Shown piece after piece: positions 29,201 to 36,997 of a stretch of DNA of 64,000 nt. Position 1 is the first letter of the stretch. Each line of letters opens with the position of its first letter. Below the pieces are notes generated by a model. That model made no database searches and had not been told where the DNA came from. It saw only the letters and a list, made by a program, of their open reading frames with translations. A program made the translations under genes and the position numbers. The stretch covers positions 4,448,001 to 4,512,000 of the forward strand of contig OY829846.1 in the NCBI GenBank assembly GCA_963691875.1, in the 5' to 3' direction. The DNA comes from Aureliella sp. Lineage in GTDB: Bacteria; Planctomycetota; Planctomycetia; Pirellulales; Pirellulaceae.

Positions 29201-29730
29201 TGAGTCGTTGTCAGCGAAGAGTCTGATGCTGCAACATGAGTATCGAAGAGGTGAATACCGTAGCTTTCACGACCTTCTCGGAACTGAGAAGGCTGCCAGT
29301 CGACTGGATCGTCAGCACCTGAGCTTGGCGCACCGCTCTCTCTAGCGGCAGCTATCCAACCGACAGTCGTTTCGGCACTTGTAGAAGATGGTACTGCCGA
29401 TCGTGTTGCCGCAATAAGCAGCTGCGGCTGTTCTGGGGCACCAAAACATATATTGAACGAACTATCGGTTGAACTCTCGGTGAGCGCATAAGTTCCACCT
29501 GGGCGAAGCTCACTACGGAACTCGATGTCGAGTTCACTTAGAAAGTTTGCTTCGGGCAAATTGTTGCCGACCCGAATAGCCTCAATCGTCGATAACGCCC
29601 CATGGATAATCGTTCCGCCGAATGCCGACTTCTTCGCAGCTTCCTGGTCAACGTGAATCGGATTTCTATCTCCGCTCCAACGAGCGAAATCCAATACCTC
29701 TTGCTGCGAGATTGCTAGTTCTAGGGCCAT
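20248..29730 (-). CDS. single-module type I cis-AT PKS: MaoC-DH / SDR / FkbH / ACP / KS / AT / KR / ACP / ACP / C-terminal GNAT
   Basis: MaoC SGDRNPIH...HGAL; SDR GASRGLG (~28865) with YISVK; FkbH LDCDNTLW (~27565) and DRFGDYG/LLSCRVLGRGVE; ACP GCDSL (~26230); KS DTACSSS (~25570), HGTGT, GHLE; AT GHSIG (~24170), HAFH; KR GGLGGLG (~22650), YAAAN; ACPs GLDSL (~21750, ~21440); GNAT TMV..SHR.HGVG..L. Confidence 0.93.
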   Translation of the reverse strand: MALELAISQQEVLDFARWSGDRNPIHVDQEAAKKSAFGGTIIHGALSTIEAIRVGNNLPEANFLSELDIEFRSELRPGGTYALTESSTDSSFNICFGAPEQPQLLIAATRSAVPSSTSAETTVGWIAAARESGAPSSGADDPVDWQPSQFREGRESYGIHLFDTHVAASDSSLTTTQEQVLALCSFIVGMKVPGLSSLFTKLRIEFGSVAAQTEFSDRLAYRLVPQSYDPHFRILETRLEIATLDGQPVANATMQSYVRFRQSTAEPSTYSGHVSQDFSEKVALVCGASRGLGAEIAAALGAAKCHVYLACRNPNEAVQALAESIQEHGGNAEILAGDVGNAQWCSDTKEMLHEKHGKLDYLVLNACAPPIPAELQSNTAAASIEYIAQNIALAQTPLITFLPLIASSEGNVVGISSSFVKETPAGFSDYISVKNALEASLKTAAQEHRATKFIIARPPKLQTTWNDTPTSAMGAIPTQAAALRIVQSIGTASYSNLETIDEFPEDAPQARIQLGDPDLEIVLCSSFTIDPFTDCFKDWSNELDANLAVAQTPYAQILQQALDPSSQLSTSKNGSVILLRVSDWLREMPAEQLEPGNLANWLDETTQEHIHALKTHRSHAASPTLLLLCPSSSTEELTSSQIQQVENELHGELLDVPGLQIQIASKQHKLYAVDEDGIFDALREDIAHIPFQNAYYFFLSTLIVRHFHRRLAAPIKVVVLDCDNTLWTGVVGEVGPEGLQFSSVQHRLHQRLTELAGCGVLICLCSKNEEADVWSAFEAREDFGLDRQTIVAAAINWLPKSQNIRQLAADLNLGLDSFVFLDDNPVECAEVRSGCPEVLTLQWPQDETDAGNLFDHLWELDPHASTAEDKKRTQRYKEEFQRQQSRQSAGSFQEFIDSLELDTDLRELSEEDLPRASQLTMRTNQFNFTTIRRTEAELKELMHDEAFACYTMRVSDRFGDYGLVGFMIGRVDSDALEVDTFLLSCRVLGRGVEHRMASELGKFAKEQSLALVRWKHSPTERNTPARMFLGKICSEELPCSTKTLIREIAAENLSEFKLQVEIEPSKSDAPTESKEPVATKKSESREQGPSPREREQQIAHIRARLASYSDMLAYCGDEGYAGTGVAIPEAEDREQVEQIVVSAFAEKLKLTPEVIQKKDRLDALGCDSLRIVEITIQLTKRFAWLPKTLLFEHRSISDIIEQIANLSSQTSSGHAPTVRATQADATTDIAIVGIDVHCAAGDSTQQLWDLLAEGDSAIRQVPGTRESFVGSLKDDRPHFAGLIDDAAEFDAEFFGISPREAEYLDPQLRLLVQSGWRALEDAGASGLEFDASVGVFVGVMYSGYARFANAIATQTGGVYRCWEGFSLANRLSQIIGASGPSLSIDTACSSSATALHYACNSLRRGDCKVALVGGVNLIIDPNRLAQLGRLGILSPSGTCVPFGDNADGTVLGEGAVTLAIRSLSDAIERGDRIYSVIKGTGISSGAGSVGFTAPNPVAQSVAARAALEDAAVDPRTISYIETHGTGTELGDPIEVRGLEMAYCDAALQDSDLKIQPDCAIGSIKPNVGHLEAGAGLMGVAKAALQLHQKTLVPSITSPAPNPQIPFSQLPFRVQSETSPWEKLAATRSGAVVDTPRRAGVNSFGVGGTNVHVILEEAPNIAAERDTSNEQFTEERSSHVVALSSNTESGLARQEEAWTQFLAADETHAANSCFSANIGRNHHSLRGCVVADYSAGSLQLTPIRQSTKESDQANEFPQLGFLFTGQGAQYPTMLGNLYTTNSVFRQAFDRCAKPLAELLPKPIESVIFSGALDDREHEIHQTGFTQPALFTIQYSLFELWSSWGVRPDVSMGHSIGEVAAYCTAGGCSLEDALRLVAARGQLMQALPSGGAMCSLACTREQAESAIAELRTKVSIAAINGPKQTVVSGAQMQVERLAEHFQKKEVKTTTLSVSHAFHSDLMDPMLDDFAKVLDRLDLGTPTQKIISSATGKEVEEEMSSPEYWLQQARNPVLFLDAMETIDALGINQFVEIGPHPVMLAMGRGCLPDSIAGWLPSARRGQKDWSIISESVGRLYASGVDIDWKEYDKPYQRQRVSVPGYRFAKQRVWIEELEGYSGDSAPLPAKARQANKCYEIEWIEKATSAVADALEELSWLILANNAPTLNRLEGLLASQSIRARFALIETDDHNIQQNSSKYAVCNSQKQLDELVAEGFDRIVFASLSREELSVAESNIQAVKAATQLVQSIIVSESKAKLWLLTENAVPASGTTPDPQSASLWGLSRVGVLEHSDWWGGIVDVEDLPQQIGSCIQEIRFPSNEDQIALRAATRFVPRLVEKELAPNPGDWLQDLDLAEGSILITGGLGGLGLRIAQWLSDLGAQSLVLASRSGQPSETAKKFISSIEESGTTVDIVAADVSTASGVDLCVSTASESIVAVFHAAGIDKVQTLAESTPEDIESILSAKVRGAQLLSDKCDADKLKLVVYFSSISAIWGSIHRASYAAANSFLDALAHAQNSPGLRAISLNFGPWAGGGMADDASLAELERIGNFGLDPHDTLDTMSQLIHAAASQTVIADVDWNQFRPIFESRRPKPLLEKLGGTTPNQHAAKSSSNAEWVELLRSQAVELRSQILEDAIRGEVARLLRISDPSGIDTSKSLFDIGLDSLTSAELTTRLRALAGISGTSKLLRNPSIHGIAEAILPQIQLDREATAPANETSAWGSTLESVDALERKRVLSDLLCKELGEMLRKPTDEHTSQTAPADLGLDSLGSVEFANRVRDQLGLTKAPRVLEYPHLDALADALAGEIPEPEVSEIIGYKSDIEQKLFEFVQRAWPHRRKDWIEPRWKWMYLESAKRINSEPRVWLYRDEEEIVGHHGAQFVRFKMGDQEVSTAWFVETMVQESHRSHGVGTRLVMQSLEDMPLNLSLGQSAEMRAILEKLGWHNVAPLQTYMYPIHPGRVLKGKLPGVLTPVASAWLKLRSNARRWMQANTSPSGTVSEVVEFDEKHDQLWERVASCYGNATVRDASFLNWKYIEQPGQEYRCIDITVDGKLIATAALLFAEPDRAYGYRRAYLVDLVTSTDLSTCHVAIQTVLAYCRDKEAHAVVMHIINTPIQQALENCGFLRREPTRHLLVATGKEKNADLLEPDRWLVTQGDSDIDRPW

Positions 29731-29771
29731 AACTGACTTAGGCGTTCAATTTGAGGCTGTGGGGAATGTGG

Positions 29772-30539
29772 TTAGTTGGACGATTGTCCCAAGCAAAGGA
29801 AGCTTCCATTGAGAAGGTTCTCTTTTGTTAGCAAGAATGGTGCAGGCCCTTGCTGATCAAGTACCTGTCCTCCAGCGGCTTGAACAACTGCTTGCCCAGC
29901 AGCAACGTCCCATTCCATGGTGGGGCCATGGCGGTAATAGATGTCAGCTTTGCCTTCGGCTACCAAGCAGAATTTCAATGAGCTGCCAACGGATATACAA
30001 TCCTTTGCACCGTATTGAGAAAGTACGGCTTCTTCTGCTTCCGATGCGTGAGATTTGCTACGAACCGCTATCCGGTCGCTCTTGTTGTTATTGACGGCAA
30101 TTTTTTTGACTGCACCCTCACCATCTTTCACAAACGCCCCCTGATCAGCTTCTCCATAGTAGGTCTTCGAGATGGCTGGTGCATGGACGACTCCTAGCAC
30201 TGGACGGCGATCTTTGACGAGTGCGATGTTGACAGTGAATTCCCCATTGCGATTGATGAATTCTTTCGTTCCATCTAACGGATCGACGATCCAGTACTCT
30301 CCCCAACTCTTTCTTGTCTCAAAGTCAGCTGCTTCTCCTTCTTCGGACAGAATCGGGATATCGGGAAACTGATGCGATAGTTCGGCGACAATCAGTTCAT
30401 GCGCCCGACGATCGGCCAGAGTCAGCGGTGAATCATCTTCCTTGTAGTCCACACCCAAGTCGTCTGCCCTGTAAACTTCCATTATCTCTTCCCCAGCGCT
30501 GTGGCTTATCTGGACGATCGTCTTGAGCTCGTCGGGCAT
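29772..30539 (-). CDS. cysQ: 3'(2'),5'-bisphosphate nucleotidase
   Basis: K.DDSPLT.AD, ILSEE, WIVDPLDGTKEFI.RNGEFTVNIAL, GSSLKFCLVAEG.AD.Y.R.GPTMEWD.AAG. Confidence 0.93.
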   Translation of the reverse strand: MPDELKTIVQISHSAGEEIMEVYRADDLGVDYKEDDSPLTLADRRAHELIVAELSHQFPDIPILSEEGEAADFETRKSWGEYWIVDPLDGTKEFINRNGEFTVNIALVKDRRPVLGVVHAPAISKTYYGEADQGAFVKDGEGAVKKIAVNNNKSDRIAVRSKSHASEAEEAVLSQYGAKDCISVGSSLKFCLVAEGKADIYYRHGPTMEWDVAAGQAVVQAAGGQVLDQQGPAPFLLTKENLLNGSFLCLGQSSN

Positions 30540-30557
30540 TTGGAATCTTTCTTAGTT

Positions 30558-31547
30558 CTAGGTGTGGGCCTGAGTGAGGTTGGGTGCAATTGCTCTAGCA
30601 GCAGCTGTCAAAAGAGCCGGCTGATACTGGTATTGAATTTTGGCGTATCGAACGATTTCAACTAATCGCGAATACAGATTGTCAAGAGCTGCCGAATCTT
30701 TGGCGTAGGGCGAAACGCCAGGAATAAGCGAGCTACTATGCAGCATCAAAACGAGTGTCGATAGACCATCTGCGTGACAGGCGTCCACAAGACTGATGAG
30801 ATCGTGAAGCTGAGTACCTTCGGGACTCAATTTGACGCGCCGGGCAATGCCAAGGCGGTCAGCAATGCCAGCAGCTCGGATGTAAGTCCAAGGCTTGCTT
30901 CGGAGCTGTCTCCATAACTTGGCCCGCAACCCCAACCCCCTTCGCGTAAATCCTGTGGTGACTGGCAGCTCGACAAGATTTCGTCCACAATCGAAATACC
31001 GAAACGGCAGGCGTGGTTGTTCGAAGAAGTCAGGTCCACCGTCCTGTCGATAGTCGTGCAAAGGTATCACGCTTGAATCTACAGCATAGCCAAGATCTTC
31101 GAGTATCTCGGCTGATGTGCTACTGAAGCCGTAACGACCAGCGCGATAGGCTGTCGGTGCTTGCTCAAGGGAATCGGCAATTCGTTGTGTCAGCCAAGCT
31201 AGCTTGTCGCGTTGAACCTCAGCTGGATGGTTGCATAAATAAGACTCTACTGAGGAGCAGGTCTCCGAGACGATGGGCGGATTACACCATGGGTGACAGT
31301 GAGCTCCTACCTCGCACAATTTGGCGTTCTGCCATCTCTTCAAGTCTGAAACGGCTTGCTCGTCAGTTAGAACAGCAGCATCAATGAGGTAGGTTGGTGG
31401 AGCTTCGAGCTCGTCGCAGGTGGCTTGAAAGCGTTGTAGGCCGCGAAGATTTTTGGTCGAGCAATTCCGTACGGGGTAGTTGCCACCCCAGAGCCCCTCT
31501 TCCTCGGTGTCTACGGTGACAACAATTTGTTTCGGGACTTCGGTCAT
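30558..31547 (-). CDS. polysaccharide deacetylase family protein (WalW-like)
   Basis: VTVDTEEE, EVGAHCHPW.NPP, YRAGRYG, VDSSV.P and LMLHSSSL.PG.SPY. Start at 31547 is supported by an ATGA overlap. Confidence 0.85.
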   Translation of the reverse strand: MTEVPKQIVVTVDTEEEGLWGGNYPVRNCSTKNLRGLQRFQATCDELEAPPTYLIDAAVLTDEQAVSDLKRWQNAKLCEVGAHCHPWCNPPIVSETCSSVESYLCNHPAEVQRDKLAWLTQRIADSLEQAPTAYRAGRYGFSSTSAEILEDLGYAVDSSVIPLHDYRQDGGPDFFEQPRLPFRYFDCGRNLVELPVTTGFTRRGLGLRAKLWRQLRSKPWTYIRAAGIADRLGIARRVKLSPEGTQLHDLISLVDACHADGLSTLVLMLHSSSLIPGVSPYAKDSAALDNLYSRLVEIVRYAKIQYQYQPALLTAAARAIAPNLTQAHT

Positions 31548-32314
31548 TTTTTTTTGACCAGTATGCATTCGACGATTGATGTTAGAAATTCTCGAGTGAA
31601 ACGATTGTGGAATGCTCGGATCGGATGGATAGGGCGTAGCTTGATTTTCTCAATGCGAAAAGGGCTCTCCGCAACGCACTTTTCGAATCCAGCAATCGTC
31701 ATTCCGTTTAGTCCGCCGTCGACCTCGTTGAACCTATGCGCATCGTCTTCTTTGAAATCGCGTCGCCAGCGGCAAAGCGCTTTTTCCGAGAAAACTAAAT
31801 GTGCCCAAGGGAACATGGAAAAAAGATGTCCGCCGCGGGGATGATACCAAGTCGGTCCAAAGGAAGCGATGACTTTGCCGTCATGGGCTAGCATCTGAGA
31901 CATGCACTCAAGAATGGTTCCAGGGTCTTCAAAGTGTTCGAAAGCATCGATTGATAGAATAGCATCAGCCGAACCATTCTCTAAGTTTTTCACGAATCGA
32001 CAACGCGAACTTAAGCCTCTGTCTTCTGCATGCTTTCGCCCTATTTGTAGAACACTTTCACGAATGTCGATACCGACCAAGGAATGAAATCCACTTTCGG
32101 CGAGCTCAATCACTCCTTCACCTGTTCCGCAGCCAAAGTCAGCGACGGAAGACGATTTTAGGCTCTCGAGTTCTTCCTCACTCAGAAGGGATTGGAGTCT
32201 ATCGTGGTAGCTAACGAGATGATCGGCTCTACCAGTTTGCGTGGAGGCTGCAGGCTTACGCGGGAACATTAGTCGCAACACTTGATAGCCGATCGTTCCG
32301 CCAAGACGAATCAT
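31544..32314 (-). CDS. class I SAM-dependent methyltransferase
   Basis: VADFGCGTG, VGIDI, DAFEHF.DP and FGPTWYHP.GGH motifs. Confidence 0.9.
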   Translation of the reverse strand: MIRLGGTIGYQVLRLMFPRKPAASTQTGRADHLVSYHDRLQSLLSEEELESLKSSSVADFGCGTGEGVIELAESGFHSLVGIDIRESVLQIGRKHAEDRGLSSRCRFVKNLENGSADAILSIDAFEHFEDPGTILECMSQMLAHDGKVIASFGPTWYHPRGGHLFSMFPWAHLVFSEKALCRWRRDFKEDDAHRFNEVDGGLNGMTIAGFEKCVAESPFRIEKIKLRPIHPIRAFHNRFTREFLTSIVECILVKKK

Positions 32315-33480
32315 GCCTCTGGAGTACCTTCCGAATCAGGTCGACTCGCTTTCTCCCACTGAGGCGGCTGCATGTTGAACAAACCTTTGCATAGTCCAAA
32401 AATAATTCCGATTTGGCTCAAGCCAAAATAGTAGACGACGGATCCAGGTTGGGACTCTCTGACGGTACGAGAAGCAAAAGTAAGGAGCAGGAGCAGTAGG
32501 AAAGAGAGTTGAATGGCCGCGGCAGCGAGATAGACAGGGCCTGAAATGAGGCTTAGTGACGAAGCGAATAGGGTGAGAAACAAAAGAGGCGAACACCAGC
32601 GTAGGAGCTTGTGTGAAATATACTGGCCCATCAGTACAGGCTGAGAAAGCCGAGGATAGCCAGCGCGAAACAATAGCTGCACCGCTCCTGCAGCAATTCT
32701 GACCCGCCTTGAGAATTCCTGTTTTCCCGTGGGAGTACCACTCTCCGTAGCCTTTGCTGCGCTGCTGTATAGGACTCTCTTCCGAACGCGTAGGACATTC
32801 ATGGATACCGCGAAATCGTCCAAGATCATGTCCTCTGGCAGTATTTGATATAGCTCGCGGTGCAGCAAATACATCCCTCCATCAACGCCCATCACACTGC
32901 CAAGACGCGACTCCGCAACTTGGATTCTTCGCTCCATCCAATAGTACAAGAGCTCTCCATGTCGAAATTCTTTGCCACTATCAATCAACCTTACTTCACC
33001 TGTGACGGCTCCTGCATTGGGTTGCATGGCAGAAGAAACAAGTTCGCGCAGCGCGTTTTCTTGCAGTATCACGTTTGCGTCGGAGAAAAGCATCAGATCA
33101 TGCTCCGATGCTTCCACTAAGCGGTTCATTGTGGCTGCCTTACCAGTCCTTTCTTCCGACCGGATCAGCTTGATGTGCTCATCAATGAAGGGTTCAACTC
33201 TGGCGCTGATGCCGTCTCCACTGCCATCATCGGCAATAATCAGTTCGAGCTTGTCTTGTGGGTAATCCAGCCTCTGAAAGTTTTCAATCTTTGCCCTGAT
33301 AACGGAGGCTTCGTTGTGTGCGGGAATCAGTACGCTAACCGTCGGCAAATCTGAGTCTTCCATTTTTGATGAAAGACTTGCATCTGAAGGCTTGCCGATC
33401 AACAGGCATAGAAAGGGGTAGCCAACGTATGCATAGAAAATTAGGGCCAATGCAATCCAAAACAGCCATGCCAAGATCAT
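32311..33480 (-). CDS. glycosyltransferase family 2
   Basis: VSVLIPAHNE, DDGSGD, GKA..MN, FSDAN, DDF and EF.RRVRI. Start ATG 33480 overlaps the upstream stop (ATGA). Confidence 0.92.
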   Translation of the reverse strand: MILAWLFWIALALIFYAYVGYPFLCLLIGKPSDASLSSKMEDSDLPTVSVLIPAHNEASVIRAKIENFQRLDYPQDKLELIIADDGSGDGISARVEPFIDEHIKLIRSEERTGKAATMNRLVEASEHDLMLFSDANVILQENALRELVSSAMQPNAGAVTGEVRLIDSGKEFRHGELLYYWMERRIQVAESRLGSVMGVDGGMYLLHRELYQILPEDMILDDFAVSMNVLRVRKRVLYSSAAKATESGTPTGKQEFSRRVRIAAGAVQLLFRAGYPRLSQPVLMGQYISHKLLRWCSPLLFLTLFASSLSLISGPVYLAAAAIQLSFLLLLLLTFASRTVRESQPGSVVYYFGLSQIGIIFGLCKGLFNMQPPQWEKASRPDSEGTPEA

Positions 33481-34622
33481 CGTTGTGGCTTCCACACCCC
33501 GATGGTCCGACCACAGAGAAGCAAGCCGACGCCGTACGCAGCAGCGCAATTCACCAGGAAGAAGTAATAAGCGACGTAGATTGGTTTGAGATTGCGAATT
33601 CCTGGGATGATATGCATTGCAGCGCAAAGATACCCGAGACATTGAACTCCGAATGCGAGCTGATACAGCAGCCAACCTTGCATCGCTAACCAACCAGAAG
33701 TCACCAAGAGGATTGCCATAAAGAATGGCGAAAGCCAACGTAGTACTTTGTGAGCCAGCAATTGGTAGGCGAACCAGCCAACTCTAAAAGGGTTCAATGC
33801 GCTGGGTACTTTGGTGACGGCTTTCAAGCTACGATTCACAATCCGGTATTTTCGCCGGAACTCACCTTGAAAACTTGGGGCTGCATCTTCGAAGCAAACC
33901 GCTTGCCAGTCGTATACACCGCGGTAGCCCTTGGCGACTACTTTCAGGGGCAAGTAAAAGTCGTTGATGTCTTCCGCTGCAAGTGGTTCGAACAGTTCTT
34001 TGCGAAGCGCGTAAATGGCTCCATCAGCGCCAACCACGGAGCTAAGTCTGCTCTCCCAGGCCTTCATGTACAACTCGACGTTCCAATAGATGTTTTCAGA
34101 CTGGGCCGATGCACTCTGCTCAAGATTCTCGTAAAGTTGCCGGCCAACCGAGTAACCGACATTGGGATCATCAAAATGTCGCAAGAGATGCTTCATTGCA
34201 TCGGGGCGAAACATGGAGTTGGCATCAGTGAAGACTAGAATCTCGCCTTTCGCTTCGGGACAGAATTTGCTGAGTCCTGCAGACTTCCCATCTCGTTCTT
34301 CTTGGCGGCAGAGTCGTACACTTCGATCCTGATACTCTCGCACAATGTCATCAGTTCCATCATCCGAGGCATCCGAGATCACCATCACTTCGAGATGTCC
34401 TCGCGGATACTCCAACGCGAGTGCATTCTCAATCTTTTGGCGGATGAAGTCTTTCTCGTTGTACGCGCTAATTACTAGGGTCAATCCCGGTTTCGCTTCT
34501 CCGCCACGCCGTTCCTTTCGCAATCGCGACAGCAAGAAAAGTGTAGACGGATAAATTGCGAAGGGCGTTAGGAAGCAAATGGCAGAAAGCCAAAAGACGA
34601 TTTGTAAAACAGTGTCAATCAC
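33477..34622 (-). CDS. glycosyltransferase family 2 (paralog of the downstream gene)
   Basis: ISAYNE, SDASDDGTD, GKS, FTDANS, GADGAIYA, INDF and EFRRK.RI. Confidence 0.92.
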   Translation of the reverse strand: MIDTVLQIVFWLSAICFLTPFAIYPSTLFLLSRLRKERRGGEAKPGLTLVISAYNEKDFIRQKIENALALEYPRGHLEVMVISDASDDGTDDIVREYQDRSVRLCRQEERDGKSAGLSKFCPEAKGEILVFTDANSMFRPDAMKHLLRHFDDPNVGYSVGRQLYENLEQSASAQSENIYWNVELYMKAWESRLSSVVGADGAIYALRKELFEPLAAEDINDFYLPLKVVAKGYRGVYDWQAVCFEDAAPSFQGEFRRKYRIVNRSLKAVTKVPSALNPFRVGWFAYQLLAHKVLRWLSPFFMAILLVTSGWLAMQGWLLYQLAFGVQCLGYLCAAMHIIPGIRNLKPIYVAYYFFLVNCAAAYGVGLLLCGRTIGVWKPQR

Positions 34623-35629
34623 TTGGTTGAATCTGGAAAGTCATATTGTAAATCTACAGCCGACAGCAACTTGTCTCTCGTGTATGCCCATTTTTCGATG
34701 CGTTTAACGCGTCCACGGCTGGCCCCCTCTCGGTAGCTCGTATCGGATAGACCTCTTTGAATTGCTGCTGCGATACCTTCGGCCGAATTGTCAACGAACA
34801 AAGCACCTTCGGTAAAGGCAGCCCTGAGGCAGGGCCAATCTGAGACGACTACAGGAGTGGACTGGTAGATTGCTTCCCAAGCACCGCGAAGCATGGTGTG
34901 GTCGCGAGTGGTCAGCGACATGACCAAATCCGCGTTCGAAATGAGGTCACCATATTCCTCGTCTGAAATAAAACCGGTCAAATGCAAGTTTCTTGAGCGC
35001 TGATCGACAAGCCCTGCGTCGAGATTCTTCGCGTTTCCTGTGATGTAAAAGTTGACGTCAGGTAGCAGTCTCGCTGCGGCAAAAATCTCTCCAATGGGCT
35101 CATCAGGGTTGAAAGAGCAGACAGCGGCGATTGAGGGGCCATCTGCGGTGGGGTAGTTTTCGCCCTCACCATAAATGATAGGAACGTCTTTGACCAACGT
35201 GGTATGGCCTCCATGGCTGCTTACAAGTTCAGCTAGACCTTCATTGTGAACGATGTTGGTGGCAGCGCGCCGTTCCAGGAATCGCTGCAGCCATTGAAAA
35301 CGTTTCCACCTGGGATGGCTAAATGCGGCCGTGTGACAATCAAGTACGAATGGGCGCCTTGTGGCAATCCAATACAGAAAGGCTGGGAGAACTGCGAATA
35401 TTGGAGGCGACATAATGAATACGGCTTTCGGCCGTGTTCGCAAAAGCACCCAACAGGTCATACAAAACTGGCCAAAGTACTTGAACAGAATCGTTGCAGG
35501 ATGACTTCCCAACCAGCCGAGGTAAATCATGCGCGACTCACCACCTAGCCCGCGGGCCGTGTGGTCGCTACGACTGCACGACTCTGCCCACGAAATGTAG
35601 AGTACGCCCGAGTTTACGTTTTCTGCCAT
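34619..35629 (-). CDS. glycosyltransferase (GT4/GT-B-like)
   Basis: DCHTAAF, SFNPDEP, LTGF and TTRDHTMLRGAWEA....P.VVSDW. Confidence 0.8.
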   Translation of the reverse strand: MAENVNSGVLYISWAESCSRSDHTARGLGGESRMIYLGWLGSHPATILFKYFGQFCMTCWVLLRTRPKAVFIMSPPIFAVLPAFLYWIATRRPFVLDCHTAAFSHPRWKRFQWLQRFLERRAATNIVHNEGLAELVSSHGGHTTLVKDVPIIYGEGENYPTADGPSIAAVCSFNPDEPIGEIFAAARLLPDVNFYITGNAKNLDAGLVDQRSRNLHLTGFISDEEYGDLISNADLVMSLTTRDHTMLRGAWEAIYQSTPVVVSDWPCLRAAFTEGALFVDNSAEGIAAAIQRGLSDTSYREGASRGRVKRIEKWAYTRDKLLSAVDLQYDFPDSTK

Positions 35630-35632
35630 GAG

Positions 35633-36931
35633 CTAACTAGCTTCTGCCGTTTCGAGCTGTGGTGCAACCAAGTCCTTGCGCAGGTCGAGAATATGTCCCT
35701 CGTATTCCTGCCAGCCGGCTAATCTGTCGACCGTTGAAGTTGCGACAATTAGGAGTTCAGCGTGGTCGAGAATTTCTGGCGCATCATTGCATAAGAGTCG
35801 GGCGAGGTGCGGGAGATGCTCGTCGATATAGTGCAAATTCGAACCCACCAATTCCGTAACACGCACGTCGGGGTCAAAAATCTTGATCTCGTACCCTTGC
35901 CCCAGTAGTGATTCTGCGAGCCGAACCTGCGGGCTCTCTCGCAGATCGTCCGTACCAGCCTTGAAACTTAGTCCAACCAAGCCAATCTTTCTTGTTCCGG
36001 ATTGCTGAATGAGTCTCAGTGCACGTTCCAAATGCGAATCATTCGAAGGCAATATGGAGCGAAGTAAATTGCATTGTTGAGCTTCTTGTTCAGCATAGCG
36101 CGAAAGAGCTCTCACGTCTTTGGGAAGGCAAGAACCGCCGAAAGCAAAACCAGGGCGGAGATACGCTTTCGATACGTTGAGTTGCGTATCGCGGCAAGCT
36201 ACTTCCATCACTCGTTGGCCGTCTGCCCCAAAAGATTTCGAAAGTGCGCCAATCTCATTGGCAAAGGCGATCTTTAAAGCATGATAGGCGTTGCCCGTGT
36301 ACTTCACCATCGACGCTTCACGGGTAGTCGTGACTATCTTTTCGCAGTCAAGATTTGCATACAACTGCAACGCAGTTTCGGCCGCCGTGTCGTCATTTGC
36401 ACCAACTAGTACAAACGGTGGATTATCGTAGTCCTTGATCGCAGTCGTCTCACGCAGGAATTCTGGATTATTGCAAAGGAATACGTCTCGGCCCACAACA
36501 AGACCCGATTCTTCTGCTAGCACTGGTTCAAGGACCTCTTCTAGCACGCCTGGCAACAGAGTGGATCTAACAACCACCGTGTAAGGCCGCTCGAGCGAAC
36601 GCAGACAACTCCCAATGCTGGCCGTGACCCGCTTGACAACGTCAAAGTTAACGCTGCCGTCAGCTGAGGAAGGAGTGCCCACCGCAATCAAAGCAACATC
36701 GGACTCCTCTACGGCAACCGCGATGTCTGTAGTCGCTCTCAAGCTACCGGAAGCAACTTGCTGTTTTAACAGTTCTTCCAATCCAGGTTCAAAAACTGGT
36801 GAAATCCCCGAATTGATGGAATTCACTTTCTTGGAATCGACATCGATTCCAATGACTTCGTTTCCATCGCGAGCGAGGCACGTCGCCGTAACACAGCCCA
36901 CGTATCCCATGCCAACTACCGCAATACGCAT
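35633..36931 (-). CDS. nucleotide-sugar dehydrogenase, GDP-mannose 6-dehydrogenase (AlgD)-like
   Basis: GMGYVG, VGTPS, RST.LPG, NPEFLRE..A..D...PP, PGFAFGGSCLPKD and GLSFKAGTDDLRESP. Confidence 0.88.
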   Translation of the reverse strand: MRIAVVGMGYVGCVTATCLARDGNEVIGIDVDSKKVNSINSGISPVFEPGLEELLKQQVASGSLRATTDIAVAVEESDVALIAVGTPSSADGSVNFDVVKRVTASIGSCLRSLERPYTVVVRSTLLPGVLEEVLEPVLAEESGLVVGRDVFLCNNPEFLRETTAIKDYDNPPFVLVGANDDTAAETALQLYANLDCEKIVTTTREASMVKYTGNAYHALKIAFANEIGALSKSFGADGQRVMEVACRDTQLNVSKAYLRPGFAFGGSCLPKDVRALSRYAEQEAQQCNLLRSILPSNDSHLERALRLIQQSGTRKIGLVGLSFKAGTDDLRESPQVRLAESLLGQGYEIKIFDPDVRVTELVGSNLHYIDEHLPHLARLLCNDAPEILDHAELLIVATSTVDRLAGWQEYEGHILDLRKDLVAPQLETAEAS

Positions 36932-36997
36932 AGTGATTTTTCCTTTGTCGCCTGATTGCAGGAAATCAGAAATAGAGTTGATCTTTTGGCTTGCAAA

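Noticed and set aside
33481..33738. N-terminal extension of the 475-aa GT2 ORF
   Set aside because: It overlaps the upstream GT2 gene. The ATGA-coupled start at 33480 gives a normal protein.
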